From Vicinamibacterales bacterium (lineage in GTDB: Bacteria > Acidobacteriota > Vicinamibacteria > Vicinamibacterales > UBA8438), in assembly GCA_965218825.1 (NCBI GenBank), contig OZ244656.1, positions 836,965 through 900,964 of the forward strand: a stretch of DNA of 64,000 bases, written 5' to 3'. Positions 1 through 9,574 of this stretch are shown in pieces. The notes under the pieces are model-generated. The model was not told the origin of the DNA. It saw nothing but the letters and a program-made list of their open reading frames with translations, and did no database searches. Positions within the stretch are counted from its first letter, which is position 1; each line of letters starts with the position of its first letter. Made by a program: the position numbers and the translations under genes.

Positions 1-953
1 GAACGATCGATCGCTCCGGCGGCACGGTGCTGCACACCAGCCGCATCAGTCCGTCGCGCATCCGCCGACTCCCGGAGTTTATGCGCACGGACGGCGTTCC
101 GCGAACCGGCGAAGGGTTCGACTTGACCCAGCACGCCGTGAGCAACCTGGACCGGTTGGGCATCGACTATCTGATCGCGATCGGCGGCGACGGTACGCTG
201 GCGACGACGCCGAGTGTCGAGAAGCTGGGCGTGAAGGTGATCGGCATTCCCAAGACGATGGACAACGACGTGCGCAACACGGAGTACTGCATCGGATTTT
301 CGACAGCGATCACGCGCGCGACAGATTCCATTCAACGGCAGCGGACAACGGTGGGTTCACATGAACGCTATGGTGTGTTCCGGATCTTCGGGCGTGAATC
401 AGGATTTACGGCACTGTATGCCGCGTACACGTCGATTCGATGCTGCATTCCGGAGTACGACGTGTCGCTCGACCGTCTGCTTGAACTGCTCGCTGAGGAG
501 AAGCGCAACACGCCCAGCAACTACGCGCTCGTGGTGTTGTCGGAAGGCGCGAAGTGGCAGGGGTACGTACCGGCGTTCGAGCGATATGACGCGTCGGGCC
601 ACGTGCGGCCACCCAGCATTGCCGAAGCGCTCAAGACTGAGATCGCCGAGCGTCTGGGCGAGGAGAGCATGGCCAGCGACCTCACCTACGAGCTGCGAAG
701 CGGCGAGCCAGACTTCGTGGACAAGCTGGTGGCGACGACGTTCGGCAACATCGCCACCGACGCGATCCTGGCCGGCAAGCACGGGCTCATGACGGCGGTG
801 GTCGGTGGCAACTACACGTTGGCGTCGCTTCCCGACCCGACGCTGGGTCCGCGCACGGTCGATCTCGACTCGCTATACAACGTGCCGCGCTACCGGCCCA
901 AGGATGCCGACAGGCTGGGGTTGCCGATCTTCCTGACCAGCGTGGAGGGCTGA
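1..953 (+). CDS. pfk: 6-phosphofructokinase, C-terminal ~310 aa (5' end lies outside the window)
   Basis: The frame is open to the window edge. Translated motifs IAIGGDGT, IGIPKTMDNDV and FGRESGF are typical of the PFK family. Stop at 951-953. Confidence 0.85.
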   Translation, partial: TIDRSGGTVLHTSRISPSRIRRLPEFMRTDGVPRTGEGFDLTQHAVSNLDRLGIDYLIAIGGDGTLATTPSVEKLGVKVIGIPKTMDNDVRNTEYCIGFSTAITRATDSIQRQRTTVGSHERYGVFRIFGRESGFTALYAAYTSIRCCIPEYDVSLDRLLELLAEEKRNTPSNYALVVLSEGAKWQGYVPAFERYDASGHVRPPSIAEALKTEIAERLGEESMASDLTYELRSGEPDFVDKLVATTFGNIATDAILAGKHGLMTAVVGGNYTLASLPDPTLGPRTVDLDSLYNVPRYRPKDADRLGLPIFLTSVEG

Positions 954-1081
954 CGGCCCGAGCACCCGGCCGGAGGCTCGCGCGTGCTGCGAGGGTGCGC
1001 TCGGCCGCCGCCTTCTTTCCGGGCATGGTTGCACGAATCGTCACGGGCCCGCACGATGCCAACCGACAGGATCCTCACCTG

Positions 1082-1300
1082 CCGATACGATATGACAACT
1101 GGTCGGCCGAACTCGGTCATCCGATTCAAAATCTCACAGCCGAGGACAACCTCACTCCCCTGCCCCGCTGGACTCCGGGCGCGAAGGCCATCGCCAATGA
1201 TGGACGTGTCGCGGAAGCACGTGTTCTCCACCCGGCCCTGACGATGGTGACCCTGACGCCTTCTTCCAGCGGCGCCGTCCGAGCGTCTTCACCAACGTGA
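1082..1300 (-). pseudogene. IS5-family (IS903-like) transposase C-terminal remnant
   Basis: Translation ..GRVENTCFRDTSIIGDGLRARSPAGQGSEVVLGCEILNRMTEFGRP aligns by eye with the C-termini of the two intact IS5-type transposases in this window (..MENAFFRYKLIIGESLRARSRAGQETEAILACNILNQMTQLGRP). There is no N-terminal part. Confidence 0.6.
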
Positions 1301-1556
1301 TCGTCCGATCCCGCGTGGGTGACCGCAGGCCGTGCCCAGAGACGTTCGCTGTCCCGAACATGCGGCCGAACTGGTCAGCAACGAAACGACCTCGACGCCC
1401 GCCGCGGCCGCGAGTGTGGAGGTATCGACACCAACGGGTCGGCGTGCGCCGTCCCCCCCCACCCCCGAATCTCGTCCAGCTGCGCGGCCTGACCGTCCGC
1501 CCACCTTTACGCGCAGTTTCGCAAAATTCGATTTTCTAATTTTAGGACGACCCCCT

Positions 1557-1913
1557 ATGAACATTGACGAAAAGCCCGAGATCCCGGCCATGTCGATCCG
1601 GATCTGGCTGGAAACGACGGTCATTTCGCGCAAAACGATCCCCGAGCGGACCCTCCGCCGCAGCCGCGCCGCAGCCCGCGCGAAGTGGCCGGTGTATCTG
1701 CCCGACGTCACCTACCGGATCGAACGGCTCCCGCAGCCGCGCCGCGCCTACGGGCGGACCTGGACACAGCTCGCCCGCGACAACTTTCTCGCCAGTTTCC
1801 CCCCCGGCATTCCGCCCTGGGCCTGTGAAGCCCTGAAACCCGCGCACCGCCCGCGCACCGCGACGCTCGAGGAACTCCTCGCGACCTATACGGAGGACGA
1901 ACGTGCTACCTAA
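1557..1913 (+). CDS. orfA family small protein (118 aa), possible DNA-binding/regulatory protein
   Basis: Conserved start MNIDEK. Conserved core ..TxISRKTIPERTLRR..RAKWP.Y..DV.YRIERLP..RR..GRTW.Q.ARDNFLASFPPGIPPWA.EALKP. Paralogs at 9007, 12515 and 50540. Confidence 0.7.
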   Translation: MNIDEKPEIPAMSIRIWLETTVISRKTIPERTLRRSRAAARAKWPVYLPDVTYRIERLPQPRRAYGRTWTQLARDNFLASFPPGIPPWACEALKPAHRPRTATLEELLATYTEDERAT

Positions 1914-1969
1914 CTACACCTAAGATCGGCGACCTCTCGGCCCTCAAGGCCACGGCCACGATCCTCACC

Positions 1970-2137
1970 ATGGCCTCGGAGCTGCACAGCGCCACCGCCC
2001 GCGCCGCCGAGATCGCCATCAAGACCAAGAACGCGCGGATCATCCGGCAGCTCGACCACCTCTTGAAGACGATGACGCGGGAGCTTAACGAGATCCCGGC
2101 TCCGCCACCTCCGCCACCCGAGCTGGTCGAATCATGA
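1970..2137 (+). CDS. orfB family small helical protein (start uncertain; no canonical start further upstream in frame)
   Basis: ..ATATILTMASELHSATARAAEIAIKTKNARIIRQL.. is homologous to orfB at 9353, 12043 and 12861. Its stop TGA overlaps the next ATG (ATGA). Confidence 0.45.
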   Translation: MASELHSATARAAEIAIKTKNARIIRQLDHLLKTMTRELNEIPAPPPPPPELVES

Positions 2138-2349
2138 GCGGCAAGACGGGGACGCCGATCGCCCTCGATGCGGTCGTCCCGGGCGGCATCTGGCCCATCG
2201 ACCACGATCCCGGGTACGACGAGACCTGCAGCCGATGCCGCCGTGCGATCCCGGAGGACGAGGTCCCACTGCTGCTCTGGCTCCCGCCCGACCAGACCCG
2301 GATGCTCGCCTACTGTGAGCGCTGCCTCGCTGCCATCGGGATCGGATGA
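2134..2349 (+). CDS. Small zinc-ribbon-like protein (71 aa), present only in copy 1
   Basis: Two Cys pairs (CSRCRR ... CERC). ATGA start/stop coupling to both neighbours. Confidence 0.5.
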   Translation: MSGKTGTPIALDAVVPGGIWPIDHDPGYDETCSRCRRAIPEDEVPLLLWLPPDQTRMLAYCERCLAAIGIG

Positions 2350-2786
2350 GCGGCCGCCAGCACAAAAAGAAACGCGCCCGCGAGCGGGCAGGCTACGTGC
2401 GCCGCTTCCTGACGAGCTACCTCGCCGTGCTCCGCCAGATCCTCAAGCGCGCCTGGCCCGACTATGAGCGCCGCCATCCGGGCACGCCGGGTCCCGGCCA
2501 CACTTGCGCGTTCAACCCGAGCACCGACAGCTGGCCAGGATTCGAAAAGGCCGCGCTCGGTCTCATGGACGCGATCCGGGAGGACAAACCGTTCTACTGC
2601 CACGAGCGCCTCCCCACGAGACCCAACGGTGACTGGTATTGGGACCCGACGCTCCCGCCGCCGGCCCGCTGCCGTGGCTGGGAAGCGATCGCCGCGCACC
2701 CCGAGACCAAGGGCGCCGCGTTCACTGCCATCAAGGGACTGGGTCCCGTCCCTACCAGATCCAGGCGCCGGGAACTGCCGCGATGA
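2346..2786 (+). CDS. orfC family protein (146 aa), unknown function, Cys/His-containing
   Basis: Paralog of 13127..13570. Shared motifs include RQILKRAWP.YERRHPGTPGP.HTCAFNPSTD and KPFYCHE ... ARCRGWEAIA. Confidence 0.65.
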   Translation: MSGRQHKKKRARERAGYVRRFLTSYLAVLRQILKRAWPDYERRHPGTPGPGHTCAFNPSTDSWPGFEKAALGLMDAIREDKPFYCHERLPTRPNGDWYWDPTLPPPARCRGWEAIAAHPETKGAAFTAIKGLGPVPTRSRRRELPR

Positions 2787-2870
2787 AACACAACCCGAAC
2801 AAGGGCACGCCCCGCGGCCGCAAGGCGATCCGTGCCTCGCTGGTGACCGCCGGCCGCTCGATCGTCGTCG
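2783..2870 (+). pseudogene. orfD (ParB-like nuclease) truncated after ~28 codons
   Basis: MKHNPNKGTPRGRKAIRASLVTAGRSIVVD matches the N-terminus of 13587..14141. Similarity then stops at the IS3 fragment. Confidence 0.7.
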
Positions 2871-3067
2871 ACCGGGTGGACATCGTCACGAGAGGCCAGC
2901 TCCGCCATCGTCACCTCTTCCCGGAGCGCCTCCCGCGCTACTGTTGCCTTCAGCTCAACCGGATAGCTCCGTCTCTTTCGTGGCATTCCAGATTCCTCCT
3001 GTCGGATCTGGACTCCACCTTAACAACCTGTCTGAAAATCGGGGTCCACCTCTGTCGTCCACAGTGA
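2870..3067 (-). mobile_element. IS3-family fragment (left end plus first ~39 codons of orfA)
   Basis: MPRKRRSYPVELKATVAREALREEVTMAELASRDDVHPV is a typical IS3 OrfA N-terminus. The upstream end reads tgtggacgacagaggtggaccccgattttcag (TG-initiated IR-like). Confidence 0.6.
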
Positions 3068-3071
3068 GCTA

Positions 3072-4175
3072 TCAGAAGCGGTTCGCAGTGATGATCAGTG
3101 ACGTTCGATGACCGGCGAAAAACGCCTCGCGGTCGATGACCACGTGATCATCCTCCACCATCACGCCCGGACCAGTCGCAGCAGAAGTCAGTTCGCACGC
3201 CGCAATCACGCTACCAGGCCCGTTGGGCAGCACGGTCTCGATTGCCTCACCGGGTGTGACCGTCACGTGCTTTCGTCCGGCTGCTGAAATCATCATTCCT
3301 CGGCGGAGAGCAAGCGTGTGCTCGAGGAGCCGTGGATCGGAGACCGGCCGGCCTCCTTCGAGACCAAGCGATGTGCGCGTGGCAACTGACAAGTCGATCA
3401 ATCCGTCCGGTCGTACTCGCCCACGAAGGTCAGCCGCAACCCTCAAGGTCACCTCACAGGTGGTCCCCGTGATTGGCCAGGAAAAAGGGACGAAGTCAGC
3501 CGATGCCAGCTTGCCGTGTCGGGCGGTGGTCTTCGCGACTCTCGTCGTACGCGCGCCGCTTGCATCCTCGTGCACAGCCCAGATCTCGTACGCGAGCGGT
3601 TCGTTGGCGAGATCTCGGTCGTCGACCGGCGAGGCCTCCACCTCAACCGTCATTGACACAATGTCAGGGCGGCCCGTCGGGCAGGTGCCAGGAGTCGCGG
3701 CGACGTAGTCAAGCACATGCCGGTCGTCCTCCGTAAGCGTGATTTGCCGCTCATCGCCCGCAATCATCTGGGTGACGCCGTCCGCGTCTCGGCGGTGGCG
3801 GCGCCAGTCGAGTTCGAAGGCAACGGCGTCGGTCACGGTGGACACGAGGCGGATATCAAACGTCCACAGGTAGCCGTCAGTGGACATCGTCTCGAACAGT
3901 GGCGACCCAGGTGTTGGGAACTCGCCGAAGTGGGTGTGCCACGTGCAGAGCGTGTCAGCAGACCATAGCCAGACGCTATTGGACTCTCCGGGGTCAAAAA
4001 ACACCCCTATGCTCGTCATCCTGCGGGCGGCGCCCTCCCGCCAGGTGACCATACCGTTGATCATGACCCGGGCACGCGTGGACTCGGCTTGGGACGTGGC
4101 GACCTGCGCGAGCCCGTCAGGCACGAGCCAGAAACTGAGCGTGAGGACAAGCATGAATCGACGAAATGGAGACAT
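3072..4175 (-). CDS. Secreted protein of unknown function (367 aa)
   Basis: N-terminal signal-peptide-like MSPFRRFMLVLTLSFWLVPDGLAQ. Lies downstream of the sigma/anti-sigma pair. Confidence 0.6.
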   Translation of the reverse strand: MSPFRRFMLVLTLSFWLVPDGLAQVATSQAESTRARVMINGMVTWREGAARRMTSIGVFFDPGESNSVWLWSADTLCTWHTHFGEFPTPGSPLFETMSTDGYLWTFDIRLVSTVTDAVAFELDWRRHRRDADGVTQMIAGDERQITLTEDDRHVLDYVAATPGTCPTGRPDIVSMTVEVEASPVDDRDLANEPLAYEIWAVHEDASGARTTRVAKTTARHGKLASADFVPFSWPITGTTCEVTLRVAADLRGRVRPDGLIDLSVATRTSLGLEGGRPVSDPRLLEHTLALRRGMMISAAGRKHVTVTPGEAIETVLPNGPGSVIAACELTSAATGPGVMVEDDHVVIDREAFFAGHRTSLIITANRF

Positions 4176-4180
4176 CTGAG

Positions 4181-4567
4181 CTACCTCGGAAGAGAGATCG
4201 ACTCGGTGGACTGCCAGTCCACGCCGGGCTCAAATTCGACAATCCGTACGGGTACCGGTGGGCCGTCAACGGGTGGTTCCACGAACGTCGAACCAGCCCA
4301 TAGACCCACGGCGGCCGAAAACACGAGCCCGGCAGCGAATCGCCAATTGATCCAGTGGCCGACACGGGGCCCTCGTTGAATTAGCAGCGGCCTTACGCGC
4401 CCATAGAACGCCTCACTCGGGTGGGCATCGCTCTGGGTGGCGGCCCGGAGGCGCAGGAAATCGATGGCCGCGTGCTGACCGCTAGGAGTGTCAAGCAAAC
4501 CGAGAATCGCGGCCGTGCGCACCTCTTCGCCGTCAAAAAACGCCGACAACAGGTCTTGCTCGTTCAT
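4181..4567 (-). CDS. Putative anti-sigma factor (single transmembrane segment)
   Basis: N-terminal MNEQDLLSAFFDGE (zf-HC2-less anti-sigma style). Hydrophobic segment WRFAAGLVFSAAVGLWAG. Sits 10 bp downstream of the ECF sigma gene. Confidence 0.6.
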   Translation of the reverse strand: MNEQDLLSAFFDGEEVRTAAILGLLDTPSGQHAAIDFLRLRAATQSDAHPSEAFYGRVRPLLIQRGPRVGHWINWRFAAGLVFSAAVGLWAGSTFVEPPVDGPPVPVRIVEFEPGVDWQSTESISLPR

Positions 4568-4576
4568 GGGTCACCT

Positions 4577-5122
4577 TTATACGAAATGTACGGAGAAGGG
4601 TTGCAACGCTGCCCGTAGTGCGGCGCGCATACGGCAGATGCGGGACCGGACCGCCGCAGGGGTCAGATTACAGACCGTGGCGATCTCCGCGTAGCTGAGC
4701 CCGGCGATTTCCCGAAGAAAGAAGACCTCGCGATCGATCTCGCCGAGTTGATCGAGTGCTTGGTCGATCGCCACAGATAGTTGTTGCACGGGCGGTGTGG
4801 CCGCGTCACGGTCGGTTAGTTCAGCCACGGCACCGCGACGGCCGGTGGTTCGCTGGTGATCGAGCAGCAGACGCCGCGCGATTTCGAACAACCATGCCCG
4901 ATCCCGATTCCTCGGTTCGTAGTTCCCCAGGCCGCGTACAGCCCTGACGAACACGTCCTGCGTCAGATCCTCGGCAACGTCTCGCCGGCGTGTCATTCGC
5001 CAGAAGTAGCGGAAGATGACGAGATGGTGCCGCTCAAACAGCACTGCGCCTGGATGCTCGCTCCCCACCTGTCTCCTCACCGCGCTACCTCTTATAACGC
5101 CGGGAGGGGCGAAAGCTCTCAT
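4577..5122 (-). CDS. RNA polymerase ECF-type sigma-70 factor (181 aa)
   Basis: Region 2 ..DVAEDLTQDVFVRAVRGL..F.....AWLFEIARRLLLD and region 4 REVFFLREIAGLSYAEIATVCNLTPAAVRSRICRMR. The start was chosen at the internal Met MRAFAPP; the longer 272-aa ORF runs into IS debris. Confidence 0.85.
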   Translation of the reverse strand: MRAFAPPGVIRGSAVRRQVGSEHPGAVLFERHHLVIFRYFWRMTRRRDVAEDLTQDVFVRAVRGLGNYEPRNRDRAWLFEIARRLLLDHQRTTGRRGAVAELTDRDAATPPVQQLSVAIDQALDQLGEIDREVFFLREIAGLSYAEIATVCNLTPAAVRSRICRMRAALRAALQPFSVHFV

Positions 5123-5186
5123 GATGGGACTGTCGGCCGAGCCGGCCGGCCAGCTCGGCGGGATGAGCGTCTCCGGGGCCGGTGGT

Positions 5187-5732
5187 CGGTATATCCCAAG
5201 CTGCTCTGCGCGCGGACGGCGTTGTAGTGGCGCCGCCAGTCTTCGATCAGGACCTGGGCCTCCTGCAGGGTGTAGCAGATCTCTCCATCGAGGAGTTCGT
5301 CGCGCAGCCGCGCGTTGAAGCTCTCGATGTGGCCGTTCTCCCACGGCGAACCGGGCTCGATGAAGGCCGTCTGGGTCCCGACTGCGGCGATCCATTGCTG
5401 GACGGCCTCGGCCACGAACGCCGGCCCGTTGTCAGACCGGATGTACGCCGGGATACCGCGCAGGATGAACAGGTCGGTCAGCACGTCGATGACATCGGTC
5501 AACGAGAGCTGCCGCCGAACCAGGATCGCCAGACGCTCGCGGGGTCCATTCCGGGGACATGGGTACCGCTACGCCGGCCAACCGGTGCGCTGAATCTCGG
5601 CTCAGACTCCTCAAGATACTTCCGTACGGTGTTGCGGCTGACGCCGAGCTCCAGCGCGACAGACCGACGGCTACGACCCTGCTTCAGAACGGCGTGGCAA
5701 CCACCAGGCCCTGCATAACCAATTGAAAACAT
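5187..5732 (-). pseudogene. Juxtaposed IS remnants: an HTH N-terminus (IS21 IstA-like) and an rve-domain C-terminus (IS3/IS481-like)
   Basis: LKQGRSRRSVALELGVSRNTVRKYL (HTH). A different frame gives IRSDNGPAFVA...IEPGSPWENGHIESFNARLRDELL...RAQSSLGY (integrase core end). No continuous ORF. Confidence 0.6.
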
Positions 5733-5966
5733 GGGTGAAGTCGAGACAAAAACGCCCTTAGCTAGGACAGCCCCATAAAGATTGACTCGCCCGCCCGCCT
5801 GAGCTAGCCTTTCCTTGCCAAGCAACTCCACAGATGACTCGACATCGGGTCGCCCGTGGAATAGCACACCCCGTCAAGGGGAAATACACGGGAACCTCAG
5901 CACATCTGTGGGTTGTTTGGCAACGGGCCCGGTGACCACTTCCGGTCACGGGCGAAGGAGGTTGCC

Positions 5967-6428
5967 ATGAAGAGAGCCCTCGCGACCGTCTGCCTGCTCG
6001 GGATGATCGCGGCGAGCCTGCCAGCCGCAGACACGATTGAGTTTCGGAAGGTCGACTACTTCGAGGCCGTCACCAACCGCGACGGTGAGCCAGACGAGAA
6101 AAAGCGCGACGCCCGCATGGAGATCGATCCAGACGCGCAGCTGATCTGGATCGTTCATGAGAAGGACGGCGCGGAGAAGGCCACCTATGCGGAGATTCCC
6201 TTCGCGGCCGTGACGAGCATCGTCTACGAGCGGGCGAAGTCCCCGCGGGTGAAGACCGCCATCTTCCTCTCCCCGCTAGCCCTCTTCTCCTCTGGCAAGA
6301 AGCACTGGCTCACCATCGAGTATGAAGGTGGCTATGCCTATATGCGGCTCGACAAGAAGAACCAGCGTCAACTTCGGGCCGCGTTAGGGGCCGTGGGATT
6401 CGAGGTCGAAACGATCATCGAGGACTGA
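5967..6428 (+). CDS. Small secreted protein, unknown function (153 aa)
   Basis: Shine-Dalgarno gaaggagg lies 6 nt upstream. Signal peptide MKRALATVCLLGMIAASLPAAD. Confidence 0.6.
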   Translation: MKRALATVCLLGMIAASLPAADTIEFRKVDYFEAVTNRDGEPDEKKRDARMEIDPDAQLIWIVHEKDGAEKATYAEIPFAAVTSIVYERAKSPRVKTAIFLSPLALFSSGKKHWLTIEYEGGYAYMRLDKKNQRQLRAALGAVGFEVETIIED

Positions 6429-6440
6429 AGACCGCTAGAT

Positions 6441-6990
6441 CGGCGAACATGCGGCCGAACTGGTCAGAAACGAAACGACCTCGACGCCCGCCGCGGCCGC
6501 GAGTGTGGAGGTATCGACACCAACGGTTCGGCGTGCGCCGTACCCCCCACCCCCGAATCTCGTCCGGATGAGCGGCGTGACCGTCCGCCCCCCTTCACGC
6601 GCATTTTCGCAGAATTCGATTTCGAAAATTTCGGACGACCCCCCATGAACATTGACGAAAAGGCCGAGATCCCGGACATGGCGATCGCCACGTGGCCCGA
6701 AAAACCACTCATTTTGCGCAAAACGATGAGCGCACGCCACCTCCGCCGGCGCCGCGCCGCCGCCCCGCCGCCCCTACGGACGGACCTGGGCACAAGTCGC
6801 CCGCGACAACTTCCTCGCCAGCTTCCCGCCGGGGATTCCGCCCTGGGCCTGTGAAGCCCTCAAACCCGAGCACCGCCCGCGCACCATGACGCTCGCGGAG
6901 CTGCTCGAGCCCTACACGGAGGACGAACTTGATGCCTACTACTACTGACACCCCCGTCGATGCCCTACTGGCCGCAGCCACGATCTTGAT
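6441..6990 (+). repeat. Modular repeat unit, copy 2 (R leader without L; frameshifted orfA; first ~15 codons of orfB)
   Basis: Homology begins at cggcgaacatgcggccgaactgg and ends shortly after ..ctactactactga.. within orfB (..AAATIL). Confidence 0.8.
6645..6948 (+). pseudogene. orfA family, disrupted by an internal ~60-nt deletion causing a frameshift
   Basis: MNIDEKAEIPDMAIATWPEKPLILRKTMSARHLRRRRAAA is followed by out-of-frame sequence. The segment encoding REKWPMYMADVAYRIERLP is missing. The C-terminal ..TMTLAELLEPYTEDELDAYYY* is readable in another frame. Confidence 0.75.
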
Positions 6991-7070
6991 GGGCTGGACG
7001 CAGCAGCGTAGAAGTGATTACCTTCAAACCACTGTCCAAGAACCCTGGGGCGGTACATGAGGTACTAACG

Positions 7071-8492
7071 ATGGAGTTGATGGAGTTGATCGCCCGCGCG
7101 CCGTGGCGCGAGGCGGTGACGTACCGCGAGACGTGGCCACACGAGTATGTGCTCATCAAGCAGGACAAGCAGCGGGAGCTGCTTGCCGCGATATGCGCCA
7201 GAATCGCGAATGGCGAGGGGATCGAGGGGCGATTCTTCAGCCGGACATCCGCATACCTGTTCATCGGCGGGTACAAGTACTGGCCCTACACGCCGTGCGA
7301 CGAGATCGACCTCGACGCCACCGAGGACGAGGTCGTGCTCAACCGCGCGCCGCTGTACCGGGACCGCCGGGACTTCGTGATTCGGGCGGGCGATACGGGG
7401 ATAAGAGAAGAGGGTGAGGAGGACGAGCCGATGACGGAGACGCGCGAGCCCGACACGCTGCTGGCCCATCTCGCGGAGAAGCTCTCCCATCGCCACGAGG
7501 ACATTGCTGTTGAGGCCCTCGGGTACATCTTCCAGTCCAGGGCGGCACGCCGTGTCATGGAGGAGGTGTTGCGAGACGGCGGCGCAGAAGTTGGACCGAT
7601 CGAACAAGTGCGGACCCAGGTCAGTGAGGGGCAGACGCGTCCAGACCTCGTTGGTGTTGATCAACACAACAAGGAATGCCTGTTCATCGAGGCGAAATTC
7701 TGGGCCGGACTCACCGAGCAGCAGCCCACCGCCTATCTCGATCGGCTGCCGCCACACACGGCGCTCTTGTTCGTCGCGCCCGCCTCGAGGATCGAACTGC
7801 TCTGGGCTGAGCTGCGCCGCCTGGTCGGAGCCGACGGCCCGCGTCCCGCGTCTGAGACGGCGGCGGTCAGAAGCGTCCCGACGGCCGGCGCGCGGCACCT
7901 GATGCTGACCAGCTGGGCGCACCTGCTCGAACGCCTCGATGGCGCCGGCGACTCGCACACCACAATCGCCGTACAGCAACTGCGAGGGCTGACCAAGATG
8001 AAGACTGAGGAAGCATTCCACCCGCTCCATCCGGACGAACTCGACCCCAAGGTCCCGCGTCGGTTGCTCAGCCTGCAGCGGCTCGTCGACGACGCCACAA
8101 ACCGCGCAGTCGATGACACAGCTGGCCCAGTCACGACGACGTCCACTAGTTATGGTCGGTACTTGTCTATTGCCGACGCCGCTGCGTGGTTTGGCATCGA
8201 ATTCGATTGCTGGGCTTATCCCTCGTATCCCAATACGCCCCTTTGGCTGTGTTTCCAAGAAGAATGGCGTTCAGAGGAATCGCGCCCATTCGGCGAGATT
8301 CGCCGTGCGCTTGAGCCACTTAAGCAGAAAGCCTCCAAGGAATGTTTCGAGGAGGACGGGGCGTTGTATGTCCCTATCGAGCTCAAGGTACGAGTCGAGT
8401 ATGACGCGGTGCTCGAGGCCGTGGTCACACGTCTCCAGGAGGTCTCGGATCTGATCAGCGCGGCCGGGGGCGCGTCGAGCCCAACGGGGTAA
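7071..8492 (+). CDS. Hypothetical two-domain protein with a PD-(D/E)xK-like nuclease motif
   Basis: The central RPDLVGVDQHNKECLFIEAKFWAG fits D...(D/E)xK. The N-terminal ~130 aa (..ETWPHEYVLIKQ..) is unassigned. Start chosen at ATG 7071; the ORF track starts at 7014. Confidence 0.5.
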   Translation: MELMELIARAPWREAVTYRETWPHEYVLIKQDKQRELLAAICARIANGEGIEGRFFSRTSAYLFIGGYKYWPYTPCDEIDLDATEDEVVLNRAPLYRDRRDFVIRAGDTGIREEGEEDEPMTETREPDTLLAHLAEKLSHRHEDIAVEALGYIFQSRAARRVMEEVLRDGGAEVGPIEQVRTQVSEGQTRPDLVGVDQHNKECLFIEAKFWAGLTEQQPTAYLDRLPPHTALLFVAPASRIELLWAELRRLVGADGPRPASETAAVRSVPTAGARHLMLTSWAHLLERLDGAGDSHTTIAVQQLRGLTKMKTEEAFHPLHPDELDPKVPRRLLSLQRLVDDATNRAVDDTAGPVTTTSTSYGRYLSIADAAAWFGIEFDCWAYPSYPNTPLWLCFQEEWRSEESRPFGEIRRALEPLKQKASKECFEEDGALYVPIELKVRVEYDAVLEAVVTRLQEVSDLISAAGGASSPTG

Positions 8493-9006
8493 GGCGTCGT
8501 ATCGAGCGTGGATCTACAAAGAGCGGGTGGGCCAGCAATGCGTTTCTCTTATTTGGACAGAAGTCACGAATACCTGGCTGCGTTCGATGAGGCCGCAACG
8601 GAAGGTCGGTGAAACCGCTGGCGTAGCCGGTCACGCGGCCACGCATTCCACCCGAAGCTGAGGACTGCAAGGAAGGTGTCCCACAGCCACCGGGCGGCTT
8701 CACCAGCGAGCCGAAGGATACGATAGAGGTCGATGCCAAAGGTTCATCTCTAGGAAAATCAACATCTTATTTCTGAGTGTGCCTCGGGTCACGTTGTTCT
8801 CGTCGGCGAACATGCGGCCGAACTGGTCAGCAACGAAACGACCTCGACGCCCGCCGCGGCCGCGAGTGTGGAGGTATCGACACCAACGGCTCGGCGTGCG
8901 CCGTACCCCCCCCACCCCCGAATCTCGTCCGGATGAGCGGCGTGACCGTCCCCCCTTGCGCGCAGTTTCGCAGAATTTGATTTCGAAAATTTCGGACGAC
9001 CCCCCT

Positions 9007-9372
9007 ATGAACATTGACGAAAAGGCCGAGATCCCGGACATGGCGATCGCCACGTGGCCCGAAACCACGCTCATTTCGCGCAAAACGATGACCGCGCGCC
9101 ACCTCCGTCGACGCCGCGCTGCGGCCCGCGAGAAGTGGCCGATGTATATGGCCGACGTGGCCTACCGAATCGAACGGCTCCCGCCGCCCCGCCGCCCCTA
9201 CGGACGGACCTGGGCACAAGTCGCCCGCGACAACTTCCTCGCCAGCTTCCCCCCGGGGATTCCGCCCTGGGCCTATGAAGCCCTGAAACCCGAATTTCGG
9301 CCGCGCACCATGACGCTCGCGGAAATCCTCGAGCCCTACACGGAGGAAGAACTTGCCGCCTACTACTACTGA
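9007..9372 (+). CDS. orfA family small protein (121 aa)
   Basis: MNIDEKAEIPDMAIATWPETTLISRKTMTARHLRR...EILEPYTEEELAAYYY*. Intact paralog. Confidence 0.7.
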   Translation: MNIDEKAEIPDMAIATWPETTLISRKTMTARHLRRRRAAAREKWPMYMADVAYRIERLPPPRRPYGRTWAQVARDNFLASFPPGIPPWAYEALKPEFRPRTMTLAEILEPYTEEELAAYYY

Positions 9373-9574
9373 CGAGTCGCTTCGGAGCGCCGAAGCCGAA
9401 CTTCAGGTCACGCTGGAAACCAATCACGCCGTCTCCAGGCTCTTCAGCGCGATCGCCATGCATAACAAGGCCATCGGGCTCGCCGCCGGGAGCGCCATCG
9501 AGAGCAAGGACCTCGCGATGATCCAAAATCTTCGGGGCCTCCTGGTCCTGATGACCGACAGCCTCGATCTCTAG
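9353..9574 (+). CDS. orfB family small protein (73 aa; TTG start overlapping the orfA end)
   Basis: (M)PPTTTDESLRSAEAELQVTLETNHAVSRLFSAIAMHNKAIG.. The stop codon TAG is supplied by the L junction gatcTCTAGgaaaatc. Confidence 0.55.
   Translation: MPPTTTDESLRSAEAELQVTLETNHAVSRLFSAIAMHNKAIGLAAGSAIESKDLAMIQNLRGLLVLMTDSLDL

Larger units (their letters stand above)
1356..2870 (+). repeat. Modular repeat unit, copy 1 (R leader without the L junction; orfA, orfB, extra Zn-ribbon ORF, orfC, truncated orfD)
   Basis: Nucleotide identity to copies at 6441, 8746, 9566, 12252, 14133 and 50276 starts at cgaacatgcggccgaactggtcag. The right end is cut by an IS3 fragment. Confidence 0.85.
8746..9574 (+). repeat. 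Modular repeat unit, copy 3 (L junction, R leader, orfA, orfB)
   Basis: Starts atctctaggaaaatcaacatcttatttctgag. Ends at the TAG inside the next L junction. Confidence 0.85.

Noticed and set aside
8779-9372. Long ORFs that fuse the R leader to orfA (8779..9372, 50309..50911, 1332..1913, 12374..12880), suggesting a ~200-aa protein.
   Set aside because: The upstream frame is not conserved between copies. The poly-C tract length (6-9) and other indels shift it, and copy 5 uses a different upstream frame. The upstream translation is Arg/Pro-rich. The conserved ATG with MNIDEK is preceded by an AT-rich promoter-like stretch.
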